Counted from the first letter of the stretch, positions 41,910-51,688 are shown. The stretch is DNA of 64,000 nucleotides from an uncultured Bacillales bacterium (GCA_947164155.1 CAMUVS010000001.1:44499-108498), one strand, 5' to 3'. Made by a program: numbers and translations. The notes: generated from the letters alone by a model not told the origin.

Positions 41910-42164
41910 ATGTTAATTATCGATTCCTTTGGTAGAAACATTTATATTGATGACCAATTAGTGGGCTACATTGGTGAGAATGTTTTATATATCAACGGAC
42001 ATAAATTTGCAGAGATCACCGATGAAGGAGAAATTTATTTCCCTCCGAAGAAAATCGGCTATGTTGATGATGACGGTTCAATCATAGTCAACGGTAGAGA
42101 AGTTGGCTATATAGATGGAGATAATAACTTCGTCTTCTATAAGTCACTAGCGTTCAACAAATAA
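41910..42164 (+). CDS. Small 4-fold beta-flower-like repeat protein
   Basis: 84 aa with four repeats of about 15 aa carrying the G.xIY....VGYI pattern (GRNIYIDDQLVGYI, GENVLYINGHKFAEI, GEIYFPPKKIGYV, GSIIVNGREVGYI). A GGGG RBS is present. Confidence 0.5.
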   Translation: MLIIDSFGRNIYIDDQLVGYIGENVLYINGHKFAEITDEGEIYFPPKKIGYVDDDGSIIVNGREVGYIDGDNNFVFYKSLAFNK

Positions 42165-42254
42165 AATACTTATAATAAATAAGAGCCTCTAAGATACTTT
42201 TATGGTTAGTAAGTCAGAGACTCTTTTATTTTTGTGTTTTAATTCAAAATATTT

Positions 42255-42530
42255 TGTTATAATGTAGCTAGAAGAACGGAGCCTCACAGACACTCATTTA
42301 GCTAATGGAATGCGAGCTCCTTTTTATTTTAACAGCAAGGCTATCAAAGCAAATAAGAGACAAATCAAGATAATCTTAAGGAGCTTTGGGACTCCTTTTG
42401 GATAATCTCTCATTGAGATCACCTCACTTTCTGTGTCCAGATTTGTGAGGTCTCCGTTCCGAGTTTTTACGACTTGTCTTTGTCGAGTTGTGAACTTATG
42501 GTAACTGGCAAAAAGCAAATAATCAATGAT
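42255..42530 (+). ncRNA. Candidate structured small RNA or regulatory transcription unit of unknown class
   Basis: An extended -10 promoter, TGTTATAAT, lies at 42255-42263. The downstream 250 nt are about 42% GC, against about 30% for the genome. They contain several hairpins: GGAGC...GCTCC plus TTTTTATTTT at 42279-42327, AAGGAG-CTTTGGGA-CTCCTT plus TTTT at about 42378-42400, and ACCTCAC...GTGAGGT at 42421-42450. No plus-strand ORF exceeds about 25 aa. The only minus-strand ORF (64 aa) starts at TTG and has no RBS. Confidence 0.3.
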
Positions 42531-42671
42531 TATTTTTTATCCACACAGTTATCCCTATATTTATATTTAGTTATATACAAAGTATTAATTAAATAGAAAT
42601 ATTAATATAAATATGGGGATAGAATTTATCCACTTTTTTACTAGATTAAATAACAACATTAGAAACAAAAG

Positions 42672-42706
42672 TAAAGGCACTCGAACTAACGAGTGCCTTA
42701 TTTATT
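42672..42706. terminator. Bidirectional rho-independent terminator (ppdK on the minus strand, the structured unit on the plus strand)
   Basis: The hairpin AGGCACTCG-AACTAA-CGAGTGCCT is flanked by T-rich runs on both strands. Confidence 0.6.
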
Positions 42707-42724
42707 TAATTGGCTGAGAAAGAA

Positions 42725-45370
42725 CTATTTCTTTCTTGGGAATTTGATTGCGGCTTGTGCAGCAGCGAGTCTAGCAACTGGGACTCTAAATGGAGAACAA
42801 GAGACGTAATCTAATCCAACTTTGTGATAGAACTCAATGGAGTTTGCTTCACCACCAGTTTCACCACAGACACCAATGTGTAAGTCAGGTCTAGTAGCTC
42901 TACCTTGTTTGACAGAGAGTTCAACTAACTTACCAACACCGTGTTGATCTAAGGTCTTGAATGGATCTTCTTCTAAGATCTTATTGCTGTAGTAATCTGG
43001 TAAGAATTTAGAAGCATCATCACGAGAGAATCCGAATGTCATTTGGGTTAAGTCATTTGTACCAAATGAGAAGAATTCTGCTTCTTGAGCGATTTCATCA
43101 GAGAGTAATGCAGCACGTGGAATTTCAATCATAGTACCAACATGGTATTTGAGATTGACACCAGCAGCTTTGATGACTTCATCAGCAGTCTTACAAACGA
43201 TAGCCTTAACGAATTTCATTTCTCTTAAGTCTAAGGTAAGTGGGACCATGATTTCTGGTTCAACATGTAATCCACATCTCTTATTAACTGCGATAGCAGC
43301 CTTAATAATAGCGCGGGTTTGCATTTCACCAATTTCAGGATAGGAGACGTCTAAACGGCAGCCTCTGTGACCCATCATTGGGTTGAATTCGTGTAATTCA
43401 TCAATTCTCTTGTGAATGTATTCGACAGAGTGACCGGTTGCTTTAGCAAGTTCGGCAATCTTATCTTCTTCTTGTGGTAAGAATTCGTGTAGAGGTGGAT
43501 CGAGTAAACGGACATTAACGTTGAGGTTGCCCATTTCTTCGTATAAACCTTCGAAGTCTTTTTGTTGTAATGGTTCGATTTCTGCTAAAGCAGCGACTCT
43601 TTCTTCTTTAGATTCAGCAAGAATCATCTTTCTGAATGAGAAGATCTTGTCTTTATCGAAGAACATATGTTCTGTTCTACATAATCCGATACCTTGAGCA
43701 CCAAAGACTTTAGCTTGATGTGCATCTCTTGGAGTATCGGCGTTAGCTCTAACTGCTAAGTCACGGGCTTCATCAACCCAACCCATTAATCTACCAAAGT
43801 TACCTGAGGATAGATCTGGTGCAACTTTCTTGATGTCGCCTTCGTAAACACAACCTGTGCTTCCGTCTAAGGATAAGACATCTTTATCGGTGTAAACTTT
43901 ATCACCAATCTTTAATGTTCTTGCTTCTTCATCAATGATGGCAGCAGCACAACCAGTGATACAGCATTTACCCATACCACGAGCAACAACGGCAGCGTGA
44001 GAAGTCATACCACCTCTCATAGTGAGAATACCTTCGCAAGCAATCATACCAGCAAGGTCTTCTGGGGAAGTTTCTGCTCTAACTAGAACTACCTTTTCTC
44101 CAGCAGCGTGTCTTCTTTCAGCTTCTTCAGCAGTGAAAGCAATAGCACCGGTTCCTGCTCCTGGGCCAGCTGGGTTACCTTTAGCGACTAATCTGTCTTT
44201 AGCTTTTGCTAAATCATCTTTATCGAAGTTAGGTAATAATAATTTATCAAATGAAACAGGATCAATTCTTAAGACAGCTTCTTCTTTGGTAATTAATCCT
44301 TCATCAACCATGTCACAGGCCATCTTTAAGGCTGCGGCAGGAGTTCTTTTTCCGGATCTAGTTTGTAAGAAGTATAATTTGCCTTCTTCAACAGTGAATT
44401 CCATATCTTGCATATCGCGATAGTGGAGTTCCATGTTTTTAATAGTCTTGACGAATTGTTCATAGACTTCAGGCATTCTTCTTTTTAATTCATCAATGTG
44501 AAGTGGGGTACGGATACCAGCAACAACGTCTTCACCTTGAGCGTTTGGTAAATATTCAGCGGAGATTTCTTTTTCACCAGTTGCGGCGTTTCTAGAGAAA
44601 GCAACACCAGTACCAGAAGTTTCACCCTTGTTACCAAAGGCCATGGATTGCACGTTAACGGCGGTTCCCCATGAATATGGAATGGAATATTGCATACGGT
44701 AAATATTCGCTCTTGGGTTGTCCCAGCTTCTAAAGACTGCGGCAACAGCTTCCATTAATTGATCTTTTGGATCAGTTGGGAATTCTTCACCGAATGTTTT
44801 CTTGTAGTATTCCTTGTATTTGGCCACTAAGACTTTTAATTCTTCTGTAGTGACTTCTGTGTCTAATTTGTATCCTCTTGATTCTTTTAAATCATCAAGC
44901 ATCTTATCCATTTCGGTTCTTGGATGACCTTTAGCGATGTTTGTGAACATGAGGATGAATCTTCTGAAGCTGTCTAATGCAAATCTTTCGTTGCCTGTTT
45001 CTTTTGCAAGAGCAGCAGCAGTAACATCATTTAAACCTAAGTTTAAGATTGTGTCCATCATACCTGGCATACTGACACGAGCACCAGATCTGACAGAAAC
45101 TAAGAGTGGATTATGTTCTCCACCGAATGTTTTTCCGGTTTTCTTTTCGACATCTTTAATTGCCGCAAAGATTTGTTCTTTAACAAATTCTGGGATTTTC
45201 TTTCCACTGTCATAATAAAGGGTGCAAGCTTCAGTAGTGATTGTAAATCCTTCTGGAACAGGAACGCCGATATGGGTCATTTCTGCTAAACCAGCACCTT
45301 TACCACCTAAGAGTTCTTTGCCTAATCCATAGGCTTCATCAAAGGGGTAAACATATTTCTTTTCAGCCAT
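42725..45370 (-). CDS. ppdK: Pyruvate, phosphate dikinase
   Basis: It is alignable to PPDK across its whole length, including the phosphohistidine domain (…GGMTSHAAVVARGMG…) and the C-terminal PEP-utilising TIM barrel. The start is trimmed to the ATG at 45370 (MAEKKYVYPFDEA), which has an AGGAGG RBS. The 16-aa track extension is an artefact. Confidence 0.93.
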   Translation of the reverse strand: MAEKKYVYPFDEAYGLGKELLGGKGAGLAEMTHIGVPVPEGFTITTEACTLYYDSGKKIPEFVKEQIFAAIKDVEKKTGKTFGGEHNPLLVSVRSGARVSMPGMMDTILNLGLNDVTAAALAKETGNERFALDSFRRFILMFTNIAKGHPRTEMDKMLDDLKESRGYKLDTEVTTEELKVLVAKYKEYYKKTFGEEFPTDPKDQLMEAVAAVFRSWDNPRANIYRMQYSIPYSWGTAVNVQSMAFGNKGETSGTGVAFSRNAATGEKEISAEYLPNAQGEDVVAGIRTPLHIDELKRRMPEVYEQFVKTIKNMELHYRDMQDMEFTVEEGKLYFLQTRSGKRTPAAALKMACDMVDEGLITKEEAVLRIDPVSFDKLLLPNFDKDDLAKAKDRLVAKGNPAGPGAGTGAIAFTAEEAERRHAAGEKVVLVRAETSPEDLAGMIACEGILTMRGGMTSHAAVVARGMGKCCITGCAAAIIDEEARTLKIGDKVYTDKDVLSLDGSTGCVYEGDIKKVAPDLSSGNFGRLMGWVDEARDLAVRANADTPRDAHQAKVFGAQGIGLCRTEHMFFDKDKIFSFRKMILAESKEERVAALAEIEPLQQKDFEGLYEEMGNLNVNVRLLDPPLHEFLPQEEDKIAELAKATGHSVEYIHKRIDELHEFNPMMGHRGCRLDVSYPEIGEMQTRAIIKAAIAVNKRCGLHVEPEIMVPLTLDLREMKFVKAIVCKTADEVIKAAGVNLKYHVGTMIEIPRAALLSDEIAQEAEFFSFGTNDLTQMTFGFSRDDASKFLPDYYSNKILEEDPFKTLDQHGVGKLVELSVKQGRATRPDLHIGVCGETGGEANSIEFYHKVGLDYVSCSPFRVPVARLAAAQAAIKFPRKK

Positions 45371-45437
45371 ATTTTTCCTCCTATAAGGCACGTAGAGAGC
45401 GTATATGTATTCGCTCACCAGCGCTAATATTCTATTA

Positions 45438-45475
45438 CATATGTGCCCGTATAGGAAAGAATTTCCACAAAAAAT
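45438..45475. promoter_or_regulatory. Perfect inverted repeat TCCACAAA-N8-TTTGTGGA in the ppdK / HTH-gene divergent promoter region (candidate operator)
   Basis: GAATTTCCACAAAAAATTTATTTGTGGAGATTC. A second short IR, GAGCG-N9-CGCTC, lies nearby. Confidence 0.4.
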
Positions 45476-45511
45476 TTATTTGTGGAGATTCTATAGGCAT
45501 ACATATATGAG

Positions 45512-45539
45512 TTGAATATACACGTGAAGCAGGTATAAT
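45512..45539 (+). promoter_or_regulatory. Sigma-70 promoter for the HigA-like gene
   Basis: TTGAAT-N16-TATAAT. The -10 box overlaps the track ORF's first ATG, so the real start is the ATG at 45562. Confidence 0.5.
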
Positions 45540-45561
45540 GTTAGTAAGTGAGAGAATTCAT

Positions 45562-45852
45562 ATGAAGGAAGTTGAATTACCAAAAATTAGCGAAATTCTA
45601 AAAGAAGAGTTTATGATACCTCTTCATATTTCAGCATATCGTTTAGCTAAAGATATTGATGTCCCTGTTTCTCGTATACAAGATATTCTTCATGATAGAA
45701 GAAAAATTACTGCCGAGACATCTATTAGACTCGGTAGATATTTTGGATTAAGTGATAAATATTTTTTAAATCTTCAAATCGATATAGATATTAGAGAAGC
45801 TCAGAGTACATATAGCGATAGTATTCTAAACATCAAACCTTTAATAATGTAA
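45562..45852 (+). CDS. HigA-family (VapI-like) XRE HTH protein. It is an orphan antitoxin-like regulator with no adjacent HigB.
   Basis: About 96 aa. …ISEILKEEFMIPLHISAYRLAKDIDVPVSRIQDILHDRRKITAETSIRLGRYFGLSDKYFLNLQ… matches the HigA/VapI core. No toxin ORF lies on either side. Confidence 0.7.
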   Translation: MKEVELPKISEILKEEFMIPLHISAYRLAKDIDVPVSRIQDILHDRRKITAETSIRLGRYFGLSDKYFLNLQIDIDIREAQSTYSDSILNIKPLIM

Positions 45853-47265
45853 TTAACGGAACATATGTGGATATTTCTTACACATGAATTCCATGTCTTT
45901 ATCTCCACGTCCACTTAAACATACTAAGATTGATCCACTTTGCATAGTGCGAGCACATTTGATGGCGTACGCTAAAGCGTGAGCAGATTCAATTGCTGGA
46001 ATAATACCTTCTAATCTAGAAAGTAAGAAGAAGGCTTCTGCAGCTTCTTCATCAGTGACTGATTCATATTTCACTCTACCGATTTCATGTAGGAAAGCGT
46101 GTTCTGGTCCTACACCTGGATAATCTAGTCCACTAGCAATAGAATATGCATCAGCAGGTTCTCCGTTTTCTTTGGTTAACACTAATGAATTAAAGCCGTG
46201 GAGAACTTTTTCTTTACCTAAGGTAATTGTGGCAGCGTTTTTACCAATTTCTCTTCCTTGTCCCATTGGCTCAACTCCTACAATATGAACTGGCTCTTCT
46301 AAAAATGCTTCAAACATTCCAATGGCGTTTGAGCCTCCACCAACACAAGCACAGACAATATCTGGAAGTTCTCCAGTCATATCTAAAAACTGTTGTTTAG
46401 CTTCGCGACCAATGATTTCTTGGAAGTCTCTTACTATTAAAGGATAAGGATGAGGTCCAACCGCACTTCCTAAGCAATAAAATGCATCTTTATATTCTTT
46501 AGCGTAGGCTTCAAAAGCGGCATCTACTGCTTCTTTTAATGTTTTAGTTCCTTCTTTAACTGGAATAACATTAGCGCCTAATACTTTAATTCTATTTACG
46601 TTAGGGGCTTGTTTTTCCATATCAACTTCACCCATATAGATATCACATTTAAGACCGAAATAGGCTGCCGCCATCGCTACAGCAGAGCCGTGGCTACCTG
46701 CTCCTGTTTCAGCAATTAATTTTTTCTTGCCTAAGTATTTAGCAAGTAATGCTTGTCCCATTGCGTTATTTAATTTATGGGCGCCTCCATGATTAAGGTC
46801 TTCTCTTTTTAAATAAATTTGTACTTTACCAAAATAATTACTCAAATTCTGGCAGTGATATACCGGAGTTGGTCTACCTTGATAATTCTTTCTAATTTCT
46901 CTAAGTTCAGCGATGAATTTAGCGGATTTCGCAATTGTTAGATAGCCGTTATATACTTCATCCATTGCCTTAGATAAATTTGGAGGTAAAAATCTTCCTC
47001 CAAATCTTCCAAAATAGCCTTCGGAATTTGGAAATAATTTACGATAGTTTTTAAAATCAAAATTAATTTTGTCTAAAGGAGAATCTTCAAAACATCTCTG
47101 CCCTTTATATCTTCTATCTAGTGGTTTAACTGCGTTTTCAGGAATTAGATATTTACGGCCTTCTAATTTCACTCCTTCAATACGCTTTTCTTGAATTAAA
47201 ACACGGACTCTTCTTTCGTTTAGATTCCATTTTTTTGCTACTTCGCTTACGGATAAATACTTCAT
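45853..47265 (-). CDS. trpB: Tryptophan synthase beta chain (TrpB) with an N-terminal excisionase/MerR-like HTH domain. It stands alone, with no trpA.
   Basis: 470 aa. Residues about 70-470 match TrpB (the PLP lysine region [24 protein letters not shown], and [35 protein letters not shown]). Residues 1-55 ([31 protein letters not shown]…) form an HTH_17-like DNA-binding motif. Confidence 0.8.
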   Translation of the reverse strand: MKYLSVSEVAKKWNLNERRVRVLIQEKRIEGVKLEGRKYLIPENAVKPLDRRYKGQRCFEDSPLDKINFDFKNYRKLFPNSEGYFGRFGGRFLPPNLSKAMDEVYNGYLTIAKSAKFIAELREIRKNYQGRPTPVYHCQNLSNYFGKVQIYLKREDLNHGGAHKLNNAMGQALLAKYLGKKKLIAETGAGSHGSAVAMAAAYFGLKCDIYMGEVDMEKQAPNVNRIKVLGANVIPVKEGTKTLKEAVDAAFEAYAKEYKDAFYCLGSAVGPHPYPLIVRDFQEIIGREAKQQFLDMTGELPDIVCACVGGGSNAIGMFEAFLEEPVHIVGVEPMGQGREIGKNAATITLGKEKVLHGFNSLVLTKENGEPADAYSIASGLDYPGVGPEHAFLHEIGRVKYESVTDEEAAEAFFLLSRLEGIIPAIESAHALAYAIKCARTMQSGSILVCLSGRGDKDMEFMCKKYPHMFR

Positions 47266-47388
47266 ACCCTTATATTCCTTTCGGTATACTCTTTATTCCT
47301 ATTATAGTAGCATTAATTTGATAGTCAATACCTATTTATAAATAAATAAAATAGATATAAAATAAGTAATCGAACGGACGACATTATT

Positions 47389-48945
47389 ATGGAAAATAAA
47401 TCACCATTAGTATTAACAATAGATTTTGGAACTCAATCAGTTAGAGTCGCTCTTATTAATAAGTCTGGAGAAATTGAATCAATAGTTAAAAGAAAATATT
47501 CTCCTGCTTATGTTTCTATAGAAAAAGGATATGCAGAACAAGACCCTGACTATTACTACAACATTCTTATTGAATGCTTAAAAGAACTTGTTAAAAATTC
47601 AAAAGATAAATTAGATAGAATTAAAGGTAGCACGATTGCAACCTTTAGAGATTCTTCAGTGCAATTAGATAAAGATAATAAACCAGTAAGAAAATCTATT
47701 CTTTGGTTAGATCAAAGACTCGCTAAAGCAAAAGAAAAATTACCATTTGGTTATAGCACTCTTTTCTCTATTGTAGGTATGCAAGACACTATTAAGTTAA
47801 ATAGAAGTCGTACAATGGCGCACTGGATTAAAGAAAATGAGCCAGATGTTTGGTCTAAAACTGTTAAATATGTAAATATCTCTACTTACTTAACTTATAA
47901 ACTAACTGGAGAATTAACTGATAGCTGTGCAAACTTAACTGGCCACTATCCAATTAATTTTAGAAAAAGAAAATGGTGGGGAGAAAAAGCGTTAAAAGGA
48001 GTTATCTTTGGTATTCCAAGTAGAATGCTATTTCCTCTTAAACAACCAGGAGAAATAATTGGAGATATTTCAGAAGAGATTTGTAAAGTGACTGGTCTAC
48101 CAAAAGGAATTAAATTATATGCTTCTGGTAGTGATAAAGCTTGTGAGACAATCGGATTAGGAGCGTTAAGCAAAAATATCGCTGCAGTTTCTTATGGAAC
48201 AGCGTCTTCTATTGAAGTAAGTAATCAAAAATATCATGAACCAGAACCATTTTTACCAGCTTATCCTGCAGCAGTGCCTAATTGGTATAACATGGAAGTT
48301 CAAGTTTATAGAGGATATTGGATGCTTTCATGGTTCACTAAAAACTTTGCTAGCGAATTAATTGATGAATCTAAAATCCAAAACATGGCAGTTGAGGAAA
48401 TATTAAATAAAGATTTATCTAAGATTCCTCCAGGAAGTGATGGTTTAGTCCTTCAACCATATTGGGGACCAGGACTTAGAAGACCATTAGCCAAAGGCGG
48501 CATTATCGGATTTAGTGATGTTCACACTAGAGAACATTTATATAGAGCAATAATTGAAGGTATCGCTTATGCCTTAAAAGAAGGACTAGACGGAATAGAA
48601 AAAAGTCAAAGACACAAGGTCAAAGAAATCAGAATTTCTGGAGGTGGATCTCAAAGTGACGCGATCTGTCAAATCACTGCAGATATCTTTAATTTACCTG
48701 TATCTAGAGTTCAAACTTTTGAGACAACTTCATTAGGTGCAGCGATATCAACATTTGTCGCTACAAAAGAATTTAGTAGTGTAAATGAAGCAATGGAAGC
48801 AATGTCTCATAAAACAGTGACATTCTATCCAAATCCTAACGCTGCGTCTCAATATAAAGAGTTATATAAAAAGGTCTATTTAAAGATCTTCCCTAAGCTT
48901 AAAAACGTTTATAAAGATATTAATAAATTTACAAAAAGATATTAG
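47389..48945 (+). CDS. FGGY-family carbohydrate kinase (substrate unassigned)
   Basis: 518 aa with an N-terminal LVLTIDFGTQSVRVALI actin-fold phosphate-1 motif and a C-terminal FGGY domain (GGGSQSDAICQITADIF). Confidence 0.8.
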   Translation: MENKSPLVLTIDFGTQSVRVALINKSGEIESIVKRKYSPAYVSIEKGYAEQDPDYYYNILIECLKELVKNSKDKLDRIKGSTIATFRDSSVQLDKDNKPVRKSILWLDQRLAKAKEKLPFGYSTLFSIVGMQDTIKLNRSRTMAHWIKENEPDVWSKTVKYVNISTYLTYKLTGELTDSCANLTGHYPINFRKRKWWGEKALKGVIFGIPSRMLFPLKQPGEIIGDISEEICKVTGLPKGIKLYASGSDKACETIGLGALSKNIAAVSYGTASSIEVSNQKYHEPEPFLPAYPAAVPNWYNMEVQVYRGYWMLSWFTKNFASELIDESKIQNMAVEEILNKDLSKIPPGSDGLVLQPYWGPGLRRPLAKGGIIGFSDVHTREHLYRAIIEGIAYALKEGLDGIEKSQRHKVKEIRISGGGSQSDAICQITADIFNLPVSRVQTFETTSLGAAISTFVATKEFSSVNEAMEAMSHKTVTFYPNPNAASQYKELYKKVYLKIFPKLKNVYKDINKFTKRY

Positions 48946-49234
48946 AAATGATCTGGAATTTCGCATAATTTTCGACATTATTCCTGTTTTTTGTTTTCAA
49001 AAAAATATTATATTTAATGATAATATAACAATACAATTCACTTGCAATAACTATAAAATATTTATATAAACATATTGATAATAGCTTCAATTAATATGAA
49101 AATTTTAACATAAAAATGTGGGTTATTAATGTTATGCTTTTTAAAAATTTTGTTTACTAACTAATTAGGTTTATTTACAAAAGTTTATAATTGTTTCATT
49201 GAACGCAAATTATAATCAAATTGGGTAATTAATT

Positions 49235-50917
49235 ATGAGAGACATATCATCTATTTTTGAATATTGGCTCAAAAATGCTGTTGAAGATTTAGATTTAATT
49301 AACGAACTTGAATTGATGAAAAAAAATCCAAAATTAATTGAAGATGCTTTTTATCGTGAGCTTGAATTTGGAACTGGTGGATTAAGAGGCGTTATTGGTG
49401 TTGGTACAAATAGAATGAATATTTATGTAATAAGGAAAGCCAGTCAAGGACTTGCTAATTATCTCAATAAAATATATAAGAATCCCAGTATAGCTGTTAG
49501 TTACGATTCTCGAATTAAAAGTGATTTGTTTGCTCGAACTGCATCTGAGGTTTTTGCTGCAAATGGCATAAAAGTTTATATTTATAGTGAATTAATGCCA
49601 ACACCTAATCTAAGTTACGCTGTTAGATATTTTAACTGTTCTGCTGGTATTATGGTGACTGCCTCACACAACCCTAGTAAATATAATGGCTATAAAGTTT
49701 ATGGTAATGATGGTTGCCAAATAACAAATGTTGTAGCAAATGACATTTTGTCGGAAATAGAAAAGATCAATCCATTTATAGATGTCAAAACATGCCAATT
49801 TTCCATGGCATTGAGAAATGGATTTATTGAATATATCCGAGATGATGTATTTGATTCTTTCATTGAAAGAGTAAGCAAAGAAAGCGTTATTTATGATGAT
49901 GAGATTAATAGAAATGTCAAAATTGTCTATTCACCTCTTAACGGAACAGGTTTGAAACCGGTAACACAAATATTAAAAAGAAATGGTTTTAATAATGTTT
50001 TAGTTGTGGAGGAGCAAGAACGTCCAGATGGTTTATTTCCAACATGTCCATATCCTAATCCAGAAATAAAAGAGGCGATGAATTTGGGTGTGAAAAGAGC
50101 ATTTAAAGTCAATGCTGATTTATTTATTGCAACCGATCCTGATTGTGATCGTGTTGGAACCGCTGTATTTGATTCTAATTTAAATGACTATGTACTAATT
50201 ACAGGCAATCAGATGGGTGTTTTACTTTTAGATTATATTTGTAGTCAACGAACTAAGCATAATCAAATGCCAGATAATCCAATCGCTATCAAAACAATAG
50301 TGACAACTGATATGGCTTTTGAAATTGCGAAAAAATATCATGTCACGATAAAAGAAGTATTAACAGGGTTTAAATATATTGGAGAGCAAATCTTATATTT
50401 GGAAAAAGACGGGAAGGAAGGATCTTATATTTTTGGCTTTGAAGAAAGTTATGGCTATTTAAGTGGAACTTATGTCAGAGATAAAGATGCAGTAGACGGT
50501 TCATTTTTAATTGCAGAGATGTTTGCTTATTATAAAACTAGAGGCATTTCCTTACTAGACCGTTTGGAAGAGCTATACAAAGAATTTGGATATTATTCAA
50601 ATTATCTTAATTCTTATGCGTTTGAAGGATCCAGTGGTTTTAATAAGATGCGTTTAATCATGGATAAATTTAGAAGCAATAGTATTAATTATGAAGATAA
50701 GATAAAGGAAATTATTGATTACCAAAAAGGAGTTGGCGATCTTCCAAAATCAAATGTTATCAAAATAATTTTTGAAAATGGCTCTTCGATTGTTGCTAGA
50801 CCATCAGGAACAGAGCCTAAACTTAAAATCTATTTCTCCTTCAAGAGTAAATCTATTGAAGAGAATGAAAAATCATATAACAAGTTTTTACAATTAATTG
50901 AAAAGGAGATTCAATAA
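49235..50917 (+). CDS. Phosphoglucomutase/phosphomannomutase (alpha-D-phosphohexomutase family)
   Basis: 560 aa. It has the active-site Ser loop TASHNPSKYNGYKVY, the metal-binding DPDCDR motif and the sugar-binding GFEESYG motif. Confidence 0.85.
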   Translation: MRDISSIFEYWLKNAVEDLDLINELELMKKNPKLIEDAFYRELEFGTGGLRGVIGVGTNRMNIYVIRKASQGLANYLNKIYKNPSIAVSYDSRIKSDLFARTASEVFAANGIKVYIYSELMPTPNLSYAVRYFNCSAGIMVTASHNPSKYNGYKVYGNDGCQITNVVANDILSEIEKINPFIDVKTCQFSMALRNGFIEYIRDDVFDSFIERVSKESVIYDDEINRNVKIVYSPLNGTGLKPVTQILKRNGFNNVLVVEEQERPDGLFPTCPYPNPEIKEAMNLGVKRAFKVNADLFIATDPDCDRVGTAVFDSNLNDYVLITGNQMGVLLLDYICSQRTKHNQMPDNPIAIKTIVTTDMAFEIAKKYHVTIKEVLTGFKYIGEQILYLEKDGKEGSYIFGFEESYGYLSGTYVRDKDAVDGSFLIAEMFAYYKTRGISLLDRLEELYKEFGYYSNYLNSYAFEGSSGFNKMRLIMDKFRSNSINYEDKIKEIIDYQKGVGDLPKSNVIKIIFENGSSIVARPSGTEPKLKIYFSFKSKSIEENEKSYNKFLQLIEKEIQ

Positions 50918-51688
50918 ATGAATATTCTTTGCGTTGGTAATTCCTTTGCGGTGGATGCAGCAACATATGTTCATCAAATTGCTGAATCAATCGGAGAAGA
51001 TATTAATATCCACGTTTTATATATCCCTGGCTGCCCAATTAACTTACATTGGAAAAATTATTTATCTAAAGATAAAGCCTATGAATTTTACGTTAATGGG
51101 GATAAAACCCCTCTGATGTATTGTGATATTTTTGAAGGGCTTGAATATAAAAAATACGATTATGTGACATTTCAGCAAAGAAGTGGTGATTCTGGAGATG
51201 CTTCCACTTTCTTCCCTGAGTTAACTTTATTAATGGATAACTTAAGAGAACATACAAAAGGAAAGTATTTACTCCATAAAACATGGAGCTATGCCAAATG
51301 TTTTTCTCATGATAAATATGGCCATAATCCGATGAATCAAAAAGCAATGGATATTGATATTGAAAACGCTTATATCCAAGCAAGTAAACAAAGCGGGATC
51401 AAATATATTATTCCCTCTGGTGAAGCAATAAAGCTTGCGAGACAGATTTATGGAGATGATTTAAATAGAGATGGCTATCATCTTAACGAAAGAGGTCGTA
51501 CTTTAATTGGCATCCTTTGGGTAATGTACTTTACTAGGAAGAAAAATCTGTTATTAGATAATTTTTCTCCGAGTGGATATACATATGATGAGGTTACTTC
51601 TCCTGTTGAAAAAAAAGAAATTCCGGAATTAATACGCATTGCTAAAGAAGCGCTTAAGAACAATAAAGGATATAATTTGCATGGTTAG
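50918..51688 (+). CDS. DUF4886-like SGNH/GDSL-type hydrolase (putative carbohydrate esterase)
   Basis: 256 aa with the N-terminal ILCVGNSFAVDA and …HVLYIPGC… pattern typical of DUF4886. Confidence 0.55.
   Translation: MNILCVGNSFAVDAATYVHQIAESIGEDINIHVLYIPGCPINLHWKNYLSKDKAYEFYVNGDKTPLMYCDIFEGLEYKKYDYVTFQQRSGDSGDASTFFPELTLLMDNLREHTKGKYLLHKTWSYAKCFSHDKYGHNPMNQKAMDIDIENAYIQASKQSGIKYIIPSGEAIKLARQIYGDDLNRDGYHLNERGRTLIGILWVMYFTRKKNLLLDNFSPSGYTYDEVTSPVEKKEIPELIRIAKEALKNNKGYNLHG

Noticed and set aside
42324-42518. 64-aa minus-strand ORF with a hydrophobic tail inside the structured intergenic region
   Set aside because: It begins with TTG, has no Shine-Dalgarno sequence, and lies antisense to a promoter-driven hairpin-rich region. 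The hydrophobic tail derives from an A/T-rich stretch. It is kept only as an alternative in the sRNA finding.
42537-42629. Secondary replication origin at the perfect TTATCCACA box (42537) and the near box (42621)
   Set aside because: There are only two boxes, there is no adjacent AT-rich DUE or dnaA gene, and oriC is clearly at 33.4-33.8 kb. More likely this is a DnaA regulatory or titration site or chance occurrence. It is mentioned within the structured-region finding.
45371-45418. N-terminal 16-aa extension of ppdK (MSEYIYALYVPYRRKN)
   Set aside because: An internal ATG at 45370 has an AGGAGG RBS, and from there the protein aligns with the PPDK N-terminus (MAEKKYVYPFDEA). The extension overlaps the promoter region.
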